Shown here in pieces: positions 61,701 through 64,000 of a stretch of DNA of 64,000 nucleotides. The stretch is from Fistulifera solaris. Its lineage: Eukaryota. The translations under genes were made by a program, and so were the position numbers. The stretch lies in assembly GCA_030295235.1 (NCBI GenBank), contig AP026135.1, forward strand, positions 372,001-436,000, given 5' to 3'. Every line of letters starts with the position of its first letter. Positions within the stretch are counted from its first letter, which is position 1. The notes beneath the pieces were generated by a model. It was not told where the DNA came from. It ran no database searches and was given only the letters and a program-made list of their open reading frames with translations.

Positions 61701-63417
61701 CTTTCTTAAAGCAAGCAAATGAAATGCGAGGAGAGCCTCTAGCGGCAAAAGACTTTCTAGTTCCAATAGTTCAGCGCTTTCCGCCTCGGATAGCCCAGCG
61801 TGAAAACCGTGACTCCGATTTGGTTTGAGACTCTTCTTTGAAATCAGCTCCATATACCTGGATCGGCTTCGGCAGATAATCTTGATGTCTTCCCAAGGGC
61901 GAGAAGTTGGGCGCGAAATCACGCATGCAAAGGCGTATTTCCACCAGGCTCGCGGATCTTCCACCGCGTTTCTAGATGGCCTTTGTCGGAACATCGTATC
62001 AAATCGTCGCTGCACTTGCAGGTCTGTCTTCAACTTTTGGTATTGGGCATATTGCTCCGGAAGAATATCTAGATTTATCTCACAAGGAAGAACATCAGCC
62101 GAGCAAGAAATGGGACCAGGTTGTGTTCTGTCGCTACATCTGGAACGGATCTCAGAGTTAAACCCCTTGCAAATGTACTGGTGGGGTATACTTTGCACAT
62201 TCGCGGGGTCGGTCTTGCTAAAATATGGTTAGATGAATACAATAGCACACGGCTGGAAAGCGCGTTTACTTACACTTGACGCGCGGCAGATAGGGAATTT
62301 CGCACATAAATACCTGGCTCCTGCTGCGACGACATCACCTCCATTGCGGCTGACACCCGCGAAAGAACTTTTTCTGCTGATAACTTCCTTGAATTTCCTT
62401 GCAGAAGATCCGTTTCTGCTAGCAATAATGGAGGTTGATCGTCCCAGTACAACGAAAGACTTTTGAAGTACCCAATTTTGTTGTTTTTCACGATGTACTC
62501 ATTTGGTCCAAGTTGTCCCTGCGCCGACGACATCGGTGACCCATCGTTCTCGTTCTTTTTGTCGTGGCTTCCAGCTTGCCATTTCTCATTTGCTGTTCGA
62601 ACAGTGAAGGCATCTAGTGTAAACCCACAAGCAAAAGCACTATCGCCGCCCTCCGACGTAGCCGGAACTTCGCATCGAATGTGTGTATCGAAAATTGACG
62701 CTTCCATATTTCGCAACACCTTTTCACGAAGCTTGACTTTCCAGTCACGTGGTACCTCCGGAAGTTGATCAACTTGTTCGAGCAACTCTTCGCTTTCTTC
62801 GTTGTAAATGACAGTTGATTGCAGATCTTCCACTAAACTATTCATGGCATCCTCGAGATCTAACTCACTTTCCATTTTTCTATCTCGTACCATTCGACGC
62901 TTTCGACTCTTTCGAAGCTCTTTCTCGACTTCTTTCACCGCTCGACTGATTCTCTTCATCGGAGGGCCTTCACCGGGTATCAGACCATTCCAGAAATTCC
63001 TTTCGAGTCGCGACAGCGCCAGTCGCTTTGCTCGAGTTTTCAACGTGCAAATTGGATCCTGTCTCGTGCCAGCTCCATACAGATTGTTGGCTGTGCTAGA
63101 AATTAGGGGGACACAAACCAAATGTATACCGTGAATTTCGAACCGCGTCGTTTCCTTTTCTAGATTCTTCCACGGCACATGCATTTTGACGGATTTCGCC
63201 GAGCACGATAAGACACCAAAGTCTGTCAGGCCAAAAGCTCCCAAGATGTGACCACCAATCATATCTCCGTCTAACTGTACATTTTCGAGCGCAATTTTAC
63301 CTCTCAATGCGGCAATTTTAAGATCATCTTTAGAAAGATTGAGAACATATTCTCCGAAAACCTCTTCAAGCGCTATCAGCAGCGGGCGCAATCAAATGAG
63401 AAACGGCTTTCAATCAT
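52709..63417 (-). CDS. VPS13: VPS13-family bridge-like lipid transfer protein (multi-exon, several frameshifts)
   Basis: Chorein-N (FGEYVLNLSKDDLKIAALRGKIALENVQL), PRAWWKYA, VAB/SHR-BD segments (TKIITLLPRFQIIN), YFERLHLHPV, ATG2_C-like GSGVRDFFYEPIQG and GFAKGVGKALIG, then a PH-like region. ORFs are colinear over about 10.7 kb. Start approximate. Confidence 0.92.
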
Positions 63418-63920
63418 CACTGCTCTCATCCAATCGAAACTTACCAGCAACAATAGCTTGTTTCGGCATTGTGAAGAAAGTACCGTATTAAGCGAATGAC
63501 TTCATATTATTCCACGATGCATGCGACTTCCAGGGGAGTCAATGAAGATCTCAAACAGCTCTGGATTATGCAGATTATTGACTTGTTTGAAAGGTTTCGT
63601 ATGGCTTGGTTACAAGCAACAAGGGCAAGGAGCAATGATGATGAACGGTTTGAAATACCTGGTACAGTACGCAAAGGAGTATAGTGCCACGTACACACGG
63701 TACTCGGGATGAATACCAGTTACGAAGCCGGACTCAGTATTTCGTTGTGTCTTTCCGGCACCAATTGTTCTTAAGAAGTTTGAAAAATGTATAGTGCAGC
63801 CAGAACTGTTACCAAATCCAGAATCCAGGGGCGTCGGCCGTCGGCCGTCGGCTATTACGTTTCATAATAATGATAATCTGAATTCTGTTTCCGTTGAAAG
63901 ACGTTCCTCGTACTCCAATT

Positions 63921-64000
63921 TTACGTTGCATTGGATTCTCTTGTAAGCAAAGACTGTTCATCATAGTAAAGAATGTACTCTCGCTCGCCTGCCTCATCAT
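63921..64000 (-). CDS. Possible 3' end of a gene continuing beyond the window
   Basis: Minus-strand frame DEAGEREYILYYDEQSLLTRESNAT-stop looks protein-like but is too short to identify. Confidence 0.25.
   Translation of the reverse strand, partial: DEAGEREYILYYDEQSLLTRESNAT

Noticed and set aside
1..64000. tRNA, 5S rRNA or transposon genes
   Set aside because: None were recognised by eye. tRNAscan-SE, Infernal and a repeat search would be needed to exclude them.

Overview
Gene-dense nuclear DNA from a eukaryote, most likely a raphid pennate diatom. This is based on the 18S/5.8S/28S rDNA, ASAF-type bipartite plastid signals, short GT-AG introns and a theta-carbonic anhydrase. The window holds about 25 protein-coding genes: presenilin, PPR-like, fibrillin, ABCB half-transporter, RNF10-like, DGDG synthase, Sec6, Sec14, RPC9, MINDY-like, ferredoxin, tRNA-binding protein, sulfotransferase, V-ATPase H, PDZ membrane protein, Sec22, EHD-like, two plastid ribosomal proteins, NB-ARC-TPR, Tim10, NAD(P)-binding protein, theta-CA, GPR107-like and VPS13. 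It also holds one complete rDNA unit (9460-15304, minus strand) lying between ordinary genes. Many genes have single-base frameshifts, mostly in homopolymers, which most likely reflects an unpolished long-read assembly, so many boundaries are approximate. The top finding is at 3484-4256 (-). Two ORF-track fragments are one reading frame interrupted only by an in-frame TGA (3729-3731), in a context resembling the algal membrane selenoprotein (MSP). The gene has a plastid-type N-terminus, and a long 3'-UTR hairpin with a non-canonical SECIS-like core follows the stop. All family calls come from motif recognition by eye; no searches were run.
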